Positions 8,936 through 18,327 of a DNA stretch of 64,000 nucleotides are shown here, piece after piece (within the stretch, counting starts at the first letter, position 1; the number at the start of each line of letters is the position of its first letter). Location: positions 62,001-126,000 of IMG/VR virus record IMGVR_UViG_3300031951_000001; one strand, 5' to 3'. The notes under the pieces are model-generated. The model was not told where the DNA came from, ran no database searches, and saw only the letters and a list, made by a program, of their open reading frames with translations. The translations under genes were made by a program, and so were the position numbers.

Positions 8936-10528
8936 ATGGATAAAAAAATAAAAATTTTAATTTTATCGTCATTGGTCATAATGTCGGTATTTTTCATGGT
9001 TAAAACTGCGGTTTTAATCGAAATTATATCTAGCTCAAAATTAACAAGAGGAACGGAATATGTTTGTTTTTTATTTTTTATTCCTGTTTTTTACAATTTA
9101 ATTAGACACTACATTAAAACTAATAGGTTATATAATCAGTTTAAAGAATTTGAAAATTTTGTTGATACCTCAGTACTGGTTAGTAAGGCTGATAAGAATG
9201 GTAAGATAACATATGTTAACCAAAAATTCAGTGAAGTGTCAGGGTGGAGTTTAGAAGACGCCGCAGGTAAAGACCACCGAATAGTTAACTCAGGATTTCA
9301 TCCCAAAGAAATGTGGGAGGAAATGTATAAAACAACAATCAAAGATAAAAAAATATGGAATGCTGTCGTAACTAACAAAGCAAAGGATGGTCATCTATAT
9401 TGGGTTGATTCATATATTAAAGCCGAATTTGAAGAAAATGGAGACCTAAAAGGTTTTATGTCAATAAGATATGATGTTTCAGAAGTTAAGAAAAAAGAAC
9501 TTGAGATTAGAAACAGAATGAATGCCATCAATCAATCTAATGCGGTTATTGAGTTTGATTTGAGTGGTAATATAATGTATGCCAATAAAAATTTCTGTGA
9601 TACTATGGGATATACTATGGAAGAAATTGTGGGAAAACATCATAGTATATTTTTAAATGAGGAGTATTCAAAGTCACAGGAGTATAAAGAATTTTGGGAT
9701 ACTTTAAGAAGTGGTGATTTCATATCTGCTCAATTTATGAGAATTAAAAAGAATGGTGATGAAATTTGGTTACAAGCCACATATAACCCAATCTTTGATA
9801 ATGATGGTAAAGTTATTCGAATTATGAAAATTGCGATTGATATTACTGACAAAGTTTTACAATCCCAAGAGATAGAAAAAAAGAATACTTATTTGGAACA
9901 TGCCGCAAAAATATTGAGACACGACATGCACTCGGGTATTAACACTTACATGCCGAGGGGGTTAAGTTCTTTGGAGAGAAGATTAAAAACTGAAGACATT
10001 GAGAATTTAAAAATTGAAGCTCCGATTAAAATGATTAAGGAGGGATTAAGACACTCACAAAAAGTATATAAGGGTGTTTATGAATTTACCAATTTGGTTA
10101 AAAAGGATGTTGTGTTAAATAAAGCTGAATGTAATTTAAGAGACATATTAAATGATTATCTATCATCAACCGCATATCATAGTCAGGTTATTATTGAAGA
10201 ATTACCAACCATAGAAGTTAATGAAGCATTATTCTGTACTGCGGTAGATAACTTAATTAGGAATGGATTGAAGTACAATGATTCTGAATCAAAATTTGTA
10301 AAAATATACATGGAAGGTGATGAGTTAATGGTTCAGGACAATGGACGAGGTATAACTCAAGAAGATTTCGACCACTTATCAAAACCATACACAAGAAAAG
10401 AAGGACAAAAAGAGTCAGGAACTGGACTCGGATTAAACATATGTGTGGCGATATTACAAGAACACAAGTTTTTGGTAAGATGCGAGAAAAATGAGATAGG
10501 AACTAAACTGAAAATAAAAATAAAATAA
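8936..10528 (+). CDS. membrane-anchored PAS-PAS sensor histidine kinase
   Basis: Two N-terminal TM segments; two PAS/PAC domains; H-box LRHDMH, N-box NLIRNGLKY, G1 DNGRGI, G2 GTGLGL. Confidence 0.9.
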   Translation: MDKKIKILILSSLVIMSVFFMVKTAVLIEIISSSKLTRGTEYVCFLFFIPVFYNLIRHYIKTNRLYNQFKEFENFVDTSVLVSKADKNGKITYVNQKFSEVSGWSLEDAAGKDHRIVNSGFHPKEMWEEMYKTTIKDKKIWNAVVTNKAKDGHLYWVDSYIKAEFEENGDLKGFMSIRYDVSEVKKKELEIRNRMNAINQSNAVIEFDLSGNIMYANKNFCDTMGYTMEEIVGKHHSIFLNEEYSKSQEYKEFWDTLRSGDFISAQFMRIKKNGDEIWLQATYNPIFDNDGKVIRIMKIAIDITDKVLQSQEIEKKNTYLEHAAKILRHDMHSGINTYMPRGLSSLERRLKTEDIENLKIEAPIKMIKEGLRHSQKVYKGVYEFTNLVKKDVVLNKAECNLRDILNDYLSSTAYHSQVIIEELPTIEVNEALFCTAVDNLIRNGLKYNDSESKFVKIYMEGDELMVQDNGRGITQEDFDHLSKPYTRKEGQKESGTGLGLNICVAILQEHKFLVRCEKNEIGTKLKIKIK

Positions 10529-10536
10529 AAAAAACT

Positions 10537-10968
10537 ATGATTGATTCAATTTTACTGGTAGATGACGAGGATTTATTCCATTTAGTGTTTGAAGATAGTT
10601 GTTCACTTCTTGATATAACATTATCTTTAAAAAGTTTAAATAGTTCAGATGAGGCAGCCAAATTATTTGAGAAATGGCAATCAAACAGTGCCGACAAACC
10701 TGAATGTGTGTTTGTTGATTTGAATATCATTGGGTCTTCCTTTGATGGTATTGAACTTATTAGAAAGATTAACTTTGAATACGGAAATAATGTTGTGATT
10801 GGAATCATTTCATCATCAAACGAACCTGAAGAACAGGCAAAGGCAATTCAATCTGGTGCTCAATTTTGGATTATAAAATCAGACGAGATTGAACCACGAT
10901 TAGAGGAGTTTAAGAAGGATTACGAAGGATATAAAAATAGAACAGCCCCATTTAAGATTTACAAATGA
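10537..10968 (+). CDS. single-domain response regulator (receiver)
   Basis: ILLVDDED, phosphoacceptor VFVDLN, ISSS, WIIKS. Confidence 0.88.
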   Translation: MIDSILLVDDEDLFHLVFEDSCSLLDITLSLKSLNSSDEAAKLFEKWQSNSADKPECVFVDLNIIGSSFDGIELIRKINFEYGNNVVIGIISSSNEPEEQAKAIQSGAQFWIIKSDEIEPRLEEFKKDYEGYKNRTAPFKIYK

Positions 10969-11648
10969 TAAAATTTACCCCTGAAATAAAAAAAGAATTA
11001 ATTACCTTATCTGAAACAAAAAATTTATTTTTGGAAGGAAACATTGTTAAGGTAATTGATTCTGATGGGGATGATAATTTTAAAGAATACCTTAAAAAGT
11101 GTGGGGAAAGGGATACCGCAAATCGTAAGAAAAGGCTCGATATTACCAAACAAATTCAGACACAAAACAAAGAGCTATCTGACTTAAATGACGAGAATCA
11201 AAAAATATTAGAGGAGTTACAGTCAACCCTAAAAGAAGTTGAGGACTCCAAGATGACATTTGAGGTTCAAAACAGAGAATTAAACGAGTGGAAAGCCGAT
11301 AATATAAGATTAACCGAAGAACTAACAGTTGAGATGGTTAAATCCGAACAGGCGAGAGTGGATGCCGAAAAGGCAAAACAGAATGCTGAAAATGACTTGG
11401 ATGTACTTCAAAAGAAAACTCAATTTGAGTTAATCAATACAATTGTTAGAGTGGCATTATTTGTAATAATCGGTGTTGGTATTACTACCACGGCATTATA
11501 TACTGTTGCGTTATTTACAAACCAAGACACCCAAATAATAGGTTCAACTTGGAGTAATATGTTTGGTATCTTACTTACTAATGCGTTTAGTATAGTCGGA
11601 ACAATAATGGGTGTTAAATACGCATCAGAAAAACCAAAGAAGAATTAG
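10965..11648 (+). CDS. coiled-coil protein with two C-terminal TM helices
   Basis: Long heptad region then two hydrophobic segments; ATGA overlap with the receiver gene. Confidence 0.75.
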   Translation: MIKFTPEIKKELITLSETKNLFLEGNIVKVIDSDGDDNFKEYLKKCGERDTANRKKRLDITKQIQTQNKELSDLNDENQKILEELQSTLKEVEDSKMTFEVQNRELNEWKADNIRLTEELTVEMVKSEQARVDAEKAKQNAENDLDVLQKKTQFELINTIVRVALFVIIGVGITTTALYTVALFTNQDTQIIGSTWSNMFGILLTNAFSIVGTIMGVKYASEKPKKN

Positions 11649-11995
11649 TCATTAGTCATATAATCTTGGAAAATTCTTTTCTCAACAAGATTACCTTCCA
11701 TATCATACATCCACCCTTCGTATTTTCTTCCCTTAACATATTTGACTTGTGATATTTTGATACCGAATGGTGAATATGTAACCCATATTCCATCTTTTCT
11801 ACCCTCATCATAATGACCCACAGAAAATATACTACCATTATCGTAATATGCGGTCCACTCACCGGTTTTTAGATTATTTGATAGATGACCTTTCTGTTCG
11901 ATTTGACCCTTCTCATTTCTAAATAAAACTTCTTCTACTTGTGAATAACCTACAACCTGTAGGAACATAAACACCAAAAAAACAATCTGTCTCAT
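11645..11995 (-). CDS. secreted MORN-variant repeat (YwqK-like) protein
   Basis: Signal peptide; GEWTAYYDNG and GRKDGIWVTY repeats. Confidence 0.7.
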   Translation of the reverse strand: MRQIVFLVFMFLQVVGYSQVEEVLFRNEKGQIEQKGHLSNNLKTGEWTAYYDNGSIFSVGHYDEGRKDGIWVTYSPFGIKISQVKYVKGRKYEGWMYDMEGNLVEKRIFQDYMTND

Positions 11996-12086
11996 AATAT
12001 TAAGGATATATTATAAATAGATTAAGGAAATGTTAAGTAATATTAACAATTTTGACTATCGAAAAATTTAACATACATATTAGTGT

Positions 12087-12326
12087 ATGAAAACAATTCT
12101 TATATCAGTATTTTTTAGAATCATTTTTTTAGATTCACAAACGGACGAAACTTTGACAGGTGTTAAAGTTGAAACTAATCAGGGTGTATATTTTTCTAAT
12201 TTGGATGGTGAAGTTTTTATACCAACAGAGGAAGAAGTTCTATCTGTAAGTTATGTTTCTTACGAAACAAAAAATGGTGTCACCCTTTCGAATGACACCA
12301 TTATGTCTTTGAGTCAAATTCAGTAA
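12087..12326 (+). CDS. small carboxypeptidase-regulatory-like domain protein
   Basis: DSQTDETLTGVKV..SNLDG..VSYVSYE pattern. Confidence 0.55.
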   Translation: MKTILISVFFRIIFLDSQTDETLTGVKVETNQGVYFSNLDGEVFIPTEEEVLSVSYVSYETKNGVTLSNDTIMSLSQIQ

Positions 12327-12329
12327 TTT

Positions 12330-12497
12330 TTACTTTTTGAAAGAATTTTTATACTCCTCGGTACCAAATTTTTTCCATTCCCAATTCCCGTAAAAGTCGG
12401 GATTTTCAACTGAACATTCACCTGAAGATTTGTATTCGGATAAGAACTTATCCGACATTTCTTTGGTGTATCTATTTTTGACCTCAAAATTTTTCAT
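12330..12497 (-). CDS. small hypothetical protein (55 aa, not in ORF track)
   Basis: MKNFEVKNRY..FYGNWEWKKFG; abuts the stop of the upstream gene. Confidence 0.5.
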   Translation of the reverse strand: MKNFEVKNRYTKEMSDKFLSEYKSSGECSVENPDFYGNWEWKKFGTEEYKNSFKK

Positions 12498-13355
12498 TCA
12501 AAACTTATTTACATCACCGTAATTCATGTGTAATTCATCGTGTTCGGCTTTCATCATTTCGTAAGCTCGAGCCATTCGAGTCATTCCGATACCGCCACCA
12601 AATCTTTTGAAGAATTTGTGAGACAAGAATTCTTCCAATTCCTTCTCAACCCTTTCTTTACCAAACAATTCAAACAATTTGGCCGAATAACCACCATTTT
12701 CAATAGTATAGAACATTTCTCTCATTTCATCAACATCACAACTTCTTTCGGCCGAACCAATTGTTTCTTGACCATAAAGAATAACATCCACTTTGTTGAA
12801 TTTATCTCCCTCACCCGACTTCATATTCCAGAATGGGTTTGTTCTAACGGGGAAATTCTGTAATGACACTACACTACCTTTTTCATTCCACATTCTTGTT
12901 TCGTGCTCGTTCTCCAAAATCGGTACACCACCATATTCTTCACAAACATCGTCATAATTCACTTCAACAGGTGAATCAAAACCTAAAAACGCAAGTAATT
13001 CAGATTCTAATTTAAGTAATTCCTTCATACCACCCTTTGACTCGAACTCAAACATTGGGAAGATTAATTCGTGACGACCTGGGATTGGGTCTTTTTCTTG
13101 TCTGTACGATGTTGAGATACAGAACACACCTGGCCATTCAGGATTTTGTAACAATTCATACTCTAACCACATTTGACCTGTTTGTGGTAATGGCCAAATT
13201 TGACCTTGGTACTCAAACGTTGTGATTGAGTGTGGATTCTCACATGCTGCGAGAATTGATAATCTTGATTGGGTCGGAACCTCAAGAAAACCTTTGTTTA
13301 GAAAAAAGGTCCTCATCTTTTGGACCAACTCGTGATAAACTTTTGTGTTTTTCAT
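12498..13355 (-). CDS. stand-alone class IIb aaRS-like catalytic domain (AsnRS paralog; possible asparagine synthetase)
   Basis: Motif 1 FFLNKGFLEVPT, LPQTGQ, motif 2 SYRQE..GRH..FPMFEFE, ETIGSAER, motif 3 GGGIGMTR; no anticodon-binding OB domain. Confidence 0.8.
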   Translation of the reverse strand: MKNTKVYHELVQKMRTFFLNKGFLEVPTQSRLSILAACENPHSITTFEYQGQIWPLPQTGQMWLEYELLQNPEWPGVFCISTSYRQEKDPIPGRHELIFPMFEFESKGGMKELLKLESELLAFLGFDSPVEVNYDDVCEEYGGVPILENEHETRMWNEKGSVVSLQNFPVRTNPFWNMKSGEGDKFNKVDVILYGQETIGSAERSCDVDEMREMFYTIENGGYSAKLFELFGKERVEKELEEFLSHKFFKRFGGGIGMTRMARAYEMMKAEHDELHMNYGDVNKF

Positions 13356-13368
13356 ATTACTTTAGGGT

Positions 13369-13393
13369 AAAAAAAAACCTCCCGAAGGAGGTT
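13369..13393 (-). terminator. leader (attenuator) terminator 13 nt upstream of the AsnRS-like start codon
   Basis: Minus strand AACCTCC-TTCG-GGAGGTT followed by T7; no long upstream minus-strand gene to terminate. Confidence 0.75.
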
Positions 13394-13397
13394 ACGT

Positions 13398-13427
13398 TTA
13401 TTTATTATTTATTAAATTCTTGTTCAT
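13398..13427 (-). CDS. putative Asn-rich leader peptide MNKNLINNK
   Basis: ATG AAC AAG AAT TTA ATA AAT AAT AAA TAA; starts 6 nt after a TATTTAT motif and ends 4 nt before the terminator stem. Confidence 0.5.
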   Translation of the reverse strand: MNKNLINNK

Positions 13428-13499
13428 TTTGAAATAAATACGAGATAAAGTTGAAAAAATAAAGTAATCACTTAAAATTTTTTTTGAGTATTTATTAGT

Positions 13500-14540
13500 A
13501 TGAGAGTTAGATTATCGGAAGAACAATTAAAAAAGTTGATAAAAGAGGATTTGGGAGTGTCCAGAGCGGCATTAGCATATACCAATTTAATCTATTCTAA
13601 ATTAGAATCTGAAGTAAAAGAATTTTTAGACACAAAAAAAAGTGGCAAATACAAATTTACGATTTCAGTAGATGAAATGTCATATATCTATCAATCTAGT
13701 ATGGATGACTTTATCGAATTACCTATTGAACAGATTGAAATTACTCTAACTTTTGTGAGCTCTCCCAGAAAAAAAGCCAATGTTCCATTCACAACTGGTG
13801 GAGCGGCCCAATCAATACAAAAAGAATATCTAAAAGGGTCTTATTTAAAAGAACCATCATTTGAATTACCAAAATATATTTTAGAGGAAGTTGACCAAAC
13901 TATTGTTGCCAGAATGGACCTGTCTGTAGAAATAAGAAGTTCTTATGATGACAGTATGAGTGAATCGGTATTATTTGATTTTAGAGATACGATTACACAT
14001 GAATGTAACCACTTGTATGAATTCTACAAAAGAGCTGAAAGGGGTGCTAAACAGATGAATGTAACTTTAAGTTGGGCTGGTAACAAAAATGTTAATGTAA
14101 AAAGGGAAATTTTCAGTGTTTGGCAAAATTTTATGGATTATGTATATAATTCAGAACCGTATGAGGTTAATGCCAAAGTACAAGAAGCATTTAGTTTGAG
14201 GTCTAGAATGCCTTTTGAAGAATTCAAAAATACAAAGTATTGGAGAGGGGCTAATAACCTAAAGAATTTCAATTCAGATGTGTTTATTGAAACATTATTA
14301 TCTAAAATAGGTGAATTATCACCAGGTAAAGAAGTCAGTATTTTCAATAATCTATATAAGTGGTTTTTAACTGATTACTACAAATGGATGAAACTTCACA
14401 ATGAAAAACCAGCAAGATTCATCGATAACTCAAAAAATTTGGTAGATTTGATTAGTAAATTCCAACCAAGAATCAATAAAGCGGGTGAAACCTTATTAAA
14501 AAAATATATGAGGTTGTATGCTTTAGAACCGGAAATCTAA
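13500..14540 (+). CDS. HExxH zincin-like protein with N-terminal LSEEQL leader
   Basis: THECNHLYE..YEVNA; begins MRVRLSEEQLKKLIKE. Confidence 0.65.
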   Translation: MRVRLSEEQLKKLIKEDLGVSRAALAYTNLIYSKLESEVKEFLDTKKSGKYKFTISVDEMSYIYQSSMDDFIELPIEQIEITLTFVSSPRKKANVPFTTGGAAQSIQKEYLKGSYLKEPSFELPKYILEEVDQTIVARMDLSVEIRSSYDDSMSESVLFDFRDTITHECNHLYEFYKRAERGAKQMNVTLSWAGNKNVNVKREIFSVWQNFMDYVYNSEPYEVNAKVQEAFSLRSRMPFEEFKNTKYWRGANNLKNFNSDVFIETLLSKIGELSPGKEVSIFNNLYKWFLTDYYKWMKLHNEKPARFIDNSKNLVDLISKFQPRINKAGETLLKKYMRLYALEPEI

Positions 14541-14541
14541 T

Positions 14542-14584
14542 TGTCAGATATCCTGACATTTTGTCATACTTTTATTTTTGGCAC
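14542..14584 (+). promoter_or_regulatory. candidate operator upstream of dnaK
   Basis: Overlapping inverted repeats TGTCAG-N5-CTGACA and TGACA-TTT-TGTCA, then TGGCAC. Confidence 0.35.
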
Positions 14585-14657
14585 ATTATTTAATATTTTG
14601 TTGTCGGACTTGATTCCATAAAATAAACAACATATATTTCTTAAAAATAAAAGTTAT

Positions 14658-16523
14658 ATGGGTAAAATTATAGGTATTGATTTAGGAACAACAAATTCGT
14701 GTGTTGCCGTTATGGAAAGCGGCGAACCTGTTGTGATTACAAACAGTGAAGGAAAAAGAACCACCCCTTCAATTGTAGGTTTTGCGAATGGTGGTGAGAG
14801 AAAGATTGGTGACCCGGCTAAACGTCAATCAGTTACTAATCCTGACAAAACAGTTTATTCTATCAAACGTTTCATGGGAGGCAGTTTTGATGAGAGTAAA
14901 AAAGAAATTAAACGAGTACCTTACAAGGTAGTTAAAGGTGACGGTAATACTCCTCGTGTCCAAATTGAAGACAGGAAGTATTCACCACAAGAAATCTCGG
15001 CAATGGTTCTCCAAAAGATGAAACAAACTGCTGAAGATTATTTGGGCGAAACTGTAACAGAGGCGGTTATCACGGTACCGGCGTATTTCAACGACGCTCA
15101 ACGTCAGGCGACTAAAGAAGCTGGTGAAATCGCGGGTCTTACCGTTAGACGTATAATTAACGAACCAACTGCGGCGGCACTTGCTTACGGTCTTGACAAA
15201 CAAGGTAAAGACATGAAAGTTGTGGTGTTCGACTGTGGTGGTGGTACTCACGACGTATCAGTCCTTGAATTGGGTGATGGTGTATTTGAAGTATTGGCAA
15301 CTGATGGTGACACTCACCTCGGTGGTGATGACTTCGATAACGTAATCATTGACTGGCTCGTTAAAGAATTCCAAGATGAAAACGGACTTGATTTGACCAA
15401 AGACCCAATGGCACTTCAACGTCTCCGTGAAGGAGCTGAAAAGGCAAAAATTGAGTTGTCAACTTCACCATCAACAGAAATCAACCTACCTTACATTATG
15501 CCGGTAGATGGTGTTCCAAAACACCTTGTTCGCACAATGACAAAGGCAAAGTTTGAGCAACTTGTTGACAGTTTGGTACAACGTACAATCGCACCGTGTA
15601 AGTCAGCTCTCAAAAATGCCGGTTTGAAACCTGCGGACATTGATGAAATTATCTTGGTTGGAGGCTCAACTCGTATTCCGGCAATCCAAGAAGCGGTTAA
15701 AAAATTCTTCGGTAAAGAACCATCAAAAGGAGTTAATCCTGACGAAGTTGTGGCACTCGGTGCAGCAATTCAGGGAGGTGTACTCGCAGGGGATGTTAAA
15801 GATGTATTGTTACTTGATGTGACTCCACTATCACTTGGTATTGAAACTCAAGGTGGTGTATTCACAAAACTCATCGAGGCAAACACAACAATCCCAACTA
15901 AAAAGTCCCAAGTGTTCTCAACGGCGGTTGATAATCAACCATCAGTAGAGATTCACGTTCTACAAGGGGAGAGAGCAATGGCTCAAGACAACCGAACAAT
16001 TGGTCGTTTCATTTTGGACGGACTACCACCAGCAATGAGAGGTGTTCCACAAGTTGAAGTTACTTTTGACATCGATGCCAACGGTATTATCAATGTATCG
16101 GCGATGGATAAGGCAACCAACAAACAACAATCAATCCGTATTGAATCATCGTCAGGTCTTTCAAAAGAAGAAATCGAAAAGATGAAACAAGATGCGGAAA
16201 TGAACGCAGAGGCGGACAAAAAATCACGAGAAGATGCCGACGCTATTAACCAAGCGGATTCTTTGGTATTCCAATCCGAAAAAACCATGAAAGATTTGGA
16301 GGAGAAGATGACCGAAGAACAAAAAACCCAACTTGCTGAAGCAATATCAGAATTGAAGACATCAATCGCTGAAAAGGATATTGAAAAGGTAAGAAACGGT
16401 ACTGGTAAATTGGCGTTGGTCGCTCAAACGATTACTCAAGGAATTTATAGTCAAGGAGACGAAGGTCAAGTTAGCGACCCTGAAGTTTCAGACGTAGATT
16501 TTGAAGAAGTAAAACCAAGTTAA
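14658..16523 (+). CDS. dnaK: molecular chaperone DnaK (Hsp70)
   Basis: [50 protein letters not shown]. Confidence 0.98.
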   Translation: MGKIIGIDLGTTNSCVAVMESGEPVVITNSEGKRTTPSIVGFANGGERKIGDPAKRQSVTNPDKTVYSIKRFMGGSFDESKKEIKRVPYKVVKGDGNTPRVQIEDRKYSPQEISAMVLQKMKQTAEDYLGETVTEAVITVPAYFNDAQRQATKEAGEIAGLTVRRIINEPTAAALAYGLDKQGKDMKVVVFDCGGGTHDVSVLELGDGVFEVLATDGDTHLGGDDFDNVIIDWLVKEFQDENGLDLTKDPMALQRLREGAEKAKIELSTSPSTEINLPYIMPVDGVPKHLVRTMTKAKFEQLVDSLVQRTIAPCKSALKNAGLKPADIDEIILVGGSTRIPAIQEAVKKFFGKEPSKGVNPDEVVALGAAIQGGVLAGDVKDVLLLDVTPLSLGIETQGGVFTKLIEANTTIPTKKSQVFSTAVDNQPSVEIHVLQGERAMAQDNRTIGRFILDGLPPAMRGVPQVEVTFDIDANGIINVSAMDKATNKQQSIRIESSSGLSKEEIEKMKQDAEMNAEADKKSREDADAINQADSLVFQSEKTMKDLEEKMTEEQKTQLAEAISELKTSIAEKDIEKVRNGTGKLALVAQTITQGIYSQGDEGQVSDPEVSDVDFEEVKPS

Positions 16524-16533
16524 AAAAAAAGAC

Positions 16534-16560
16534 AAAAATCCCACTTCGGTGGGATTTTTT
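16534..16560 (+). terminator. intrinsic terminator after dnaK
   Basis: ATCCCAC-TTCG-GTGGGAT followed by T-run. Confidence 0.85.
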
Positions 16561-16575
16561 GTTTATATTTGTCAA

Positions 16576-16755
16576 ATGTATTCATTTATAATCTTGTGTT
16601 TGATAAACACTTTTAGCCGTAGATTTTCCGATTATCATATACGTGATGAGAATTGGGTGTCTATAAAAGTGGAAGTTATAAAATTAATTAATGCTTTTTT
16701 TTGGAGCATTCCCATAGTTTTAATAATTTTGTTCATAATAAATCTTTTAACATAA
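16576..16755 (+). CDS. small membrane protein
   Basis: ATG 4 nt after TATATTTG; hydrophobic C-terminus. Confidence 0.45.
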   Translation: MYSFIILCLINTFSRRFSDYHIRDENWVSIKVEVIKLINAFFWSIPIVLIILFIINLLT

Positions 16756-16895
16756 TGAGTAAATTTGTAAGAAAATACGAAGACGAGGACACAATCTCAA
16801 TTTGGACTTATGATTTGGATAAGTTTAAAAATGGACCAGTTTCAGTTGAAACTATTGACAAGAAACCTGAACCCGTTAAGAAAAAAAGAAAATAA
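16755..16895 (+). CDS. small hypothetical protein
   Basis: MSKFVRKYEDED..KKKRK; TAATG coupling to upstream ORF. Confidence 0.5.
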   Translation: MSKFVRKYEDEDTISIWTYDLDKFKNGPVSVETIDKKPEPVKKKRK

Positions 16896-16924
16896 AAAAC
16901 CCCCTAAAAAGGGGGTTAATTTTA

Positions 16925-17197
16925 TTATGATTCTTCTTCGTCTTTTTTCTTATGTTTTCTTGCAGTGAATTTATCAATACTCGCAAGTCCAAGACATCCG
17001 AATGCTAATAACGCAACCGCATCAACCAAATATTCTGCCGGAGCCACATCAACAGTTGAAAAACTGTTGTGATACATGGTTAAACAAAGGGCCACGGAGC
17101 AACCCATACCAACAATTCTTTTTGATGATGGATTTCCCTTTTCATCATTAAAAATTCCTTTTAACCAGAATAATATTTCACCAATTAGTTTTTTCAT
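16925..17197 (-). CDS. holin-like two-TM membrane protein
   Basis: SSKR then two hydrophobic segments and a charged C-terminal tail. Confidence 0.5.
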   Translation of the reverse strand: MKKLIGEILFWLKGIFNDEKGNPSSKRIVGMGCSVALCLTMYHNSFSTVDVAPAEYLVDAVALLAFGCLGLASIDKFTARKHKKKDEEES

Positions 17198-17209
17198 TGT
17201 TTTGTTTTT

Positions 17210-17335
17210 TTATTTTCCTTGTCCTCTGTAAGATTTGGGTTTATTTTCTTTTGGTCCGTACTTTCTTTTCGCCTTCCCTTTTTTTCTAGTACCGAAAGTT
17301 TCTTTAGCACCAACTGCCGATGATGATTTTGCCAT
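17210..17335 (-). CDS. small basic protein ending YRGQGK (41 aa, not in ORF track)
   Basis: MAKSSSAVGAKETFGTRKKGKAKRKYGPKENKPKSYRGQGK; TATTTAT upstream. Confidence 0.65.
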   Translation of the reverse strand: MAKSSSAVGAKETFGTRKKGKAKRKYGPKENKPKSYRGQGK

Positions 17336-17384
17336 AATTTTTATTTTATTTTTGTTTTATTACTTATAAATATTTTCATAAAAC

Positions 17385-17459
17385 AAAAAAGGGGACAGTA
17401 GCGAACTTCCCCTTTTCCTGTTATGTAACATAACGGTCCTAAGACTCCTCTTACGAGGT
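17385..17459 (-). other. multi-hairpin intergenic element ending in a terminator
   Basis: CCTC-GTAA-GAGG, GTC-TTAG-GAC, GTTATG-TTA-CATAAC, GGGGA..TCCCC plus T6. Confidence 0.45.
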
Positions 17460-17981
17460 TTATTTTTCTTTAATTAAAGCTATACATCTTTTCAAATATT
17501 CTTTGGCTCTTGGTGATGGAGTGAACTCGTCATCTCTCGATTGTAATGCCAAAACTCTTTCAATGTCCTTTACAAGTTCGGTACCGTGCTCATTTTCTTT
17601 GTATAATTCTATGACTTTATCCATAGCTTTATTACATTCACCACTTGTTTCATCATAGTAGTTTTTGTTTCTAAATTTGTTAAGGTGATTCATCATTTCA
17701 TAAGATAAATGAGCTCCACCATCGGTAACGTCCTTAAATAATCTCAAATTATTAAGGATACCAATGGTATCAACCATAGAATTGACACCCATACCCCTTC
17801 TCATAACACCTGGAGTGTAATTAACGTAGTTATCGGCCTGACCGACAATCTCATCCAAAGGAATGGTGTTATTAGTTAAACACATTGGTTTGCGTTCTTT
17901 TTCTTTAATTTCAGTTTCTTCTAAAATTCTTTGACGTATTACTTTTCGTAGTTGAGCTTCGTCTATTTTAATTCTTTCCAT
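17460..17981 (-). CDS. hypothetical protein with IKIDEAQLRKVI leader
   Basis: Start reassigned to MERIKIDEAQLRKVIRQRILEE. Confidence 0.65.
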   Translation of the reverse strand: MERIKIDEAQLRKVIRQRILEETEIKEKERKPMCLTNNTIPLDEIVGQADNYVNYTPGVMRRGMGVNSMVDTIGILNNLRLFKDVTDGGAHLSYEMMNHLNKFRNKNYYDETSGECNKAMDKVIELYKENEHGTELVKDIERVLALQSRDDEFTPSPRAKEYLKRCIALIKEK

Positions 17982-18104
17982 TTTTGGGTTACTTTTCTTC
18001 CATAAATATATCGTAACTACCAATTTATTTCATTAACGACATATTTATCGATGTTAGACATGTTAATTGTCGAAACATAAAAAGTAAATGTCCTAACATG
18101 GAAG

Positions 18105-18323
18105 ATGGAGATAGTAAAAACAACTTGGAGAAAAATTTTCGTGGGGAATCTATCAGTCAAATTTCTAATGTTAGGGATGTTTTTCAACCCGTTTGGATTC
18201 GATATAATTCAGTACTACCTTTTATCTTTGACAGGAGATTTGTGGAAAGCAAATTTCGTTTTGTACTGTTTGTCGGTTTTGTCCTTTGGGTTTGCTTTTT
18301 TGTTTCGCAAATATTCTAAATAG
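18105..18323 (+). CDS. small membrane protein
   Basis: 72 aa, hydrophobic, FFNPFGFD. Confidence 0.55.
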   Translation: MEIVKTTWRKIFVGNLSVKFLMLGMFFNPFGFDIIQYYLLSLTGDLWKANFVLYCLSVLSFGFAFLFRKYSK

Positions 18324-18327
18324 AAAA

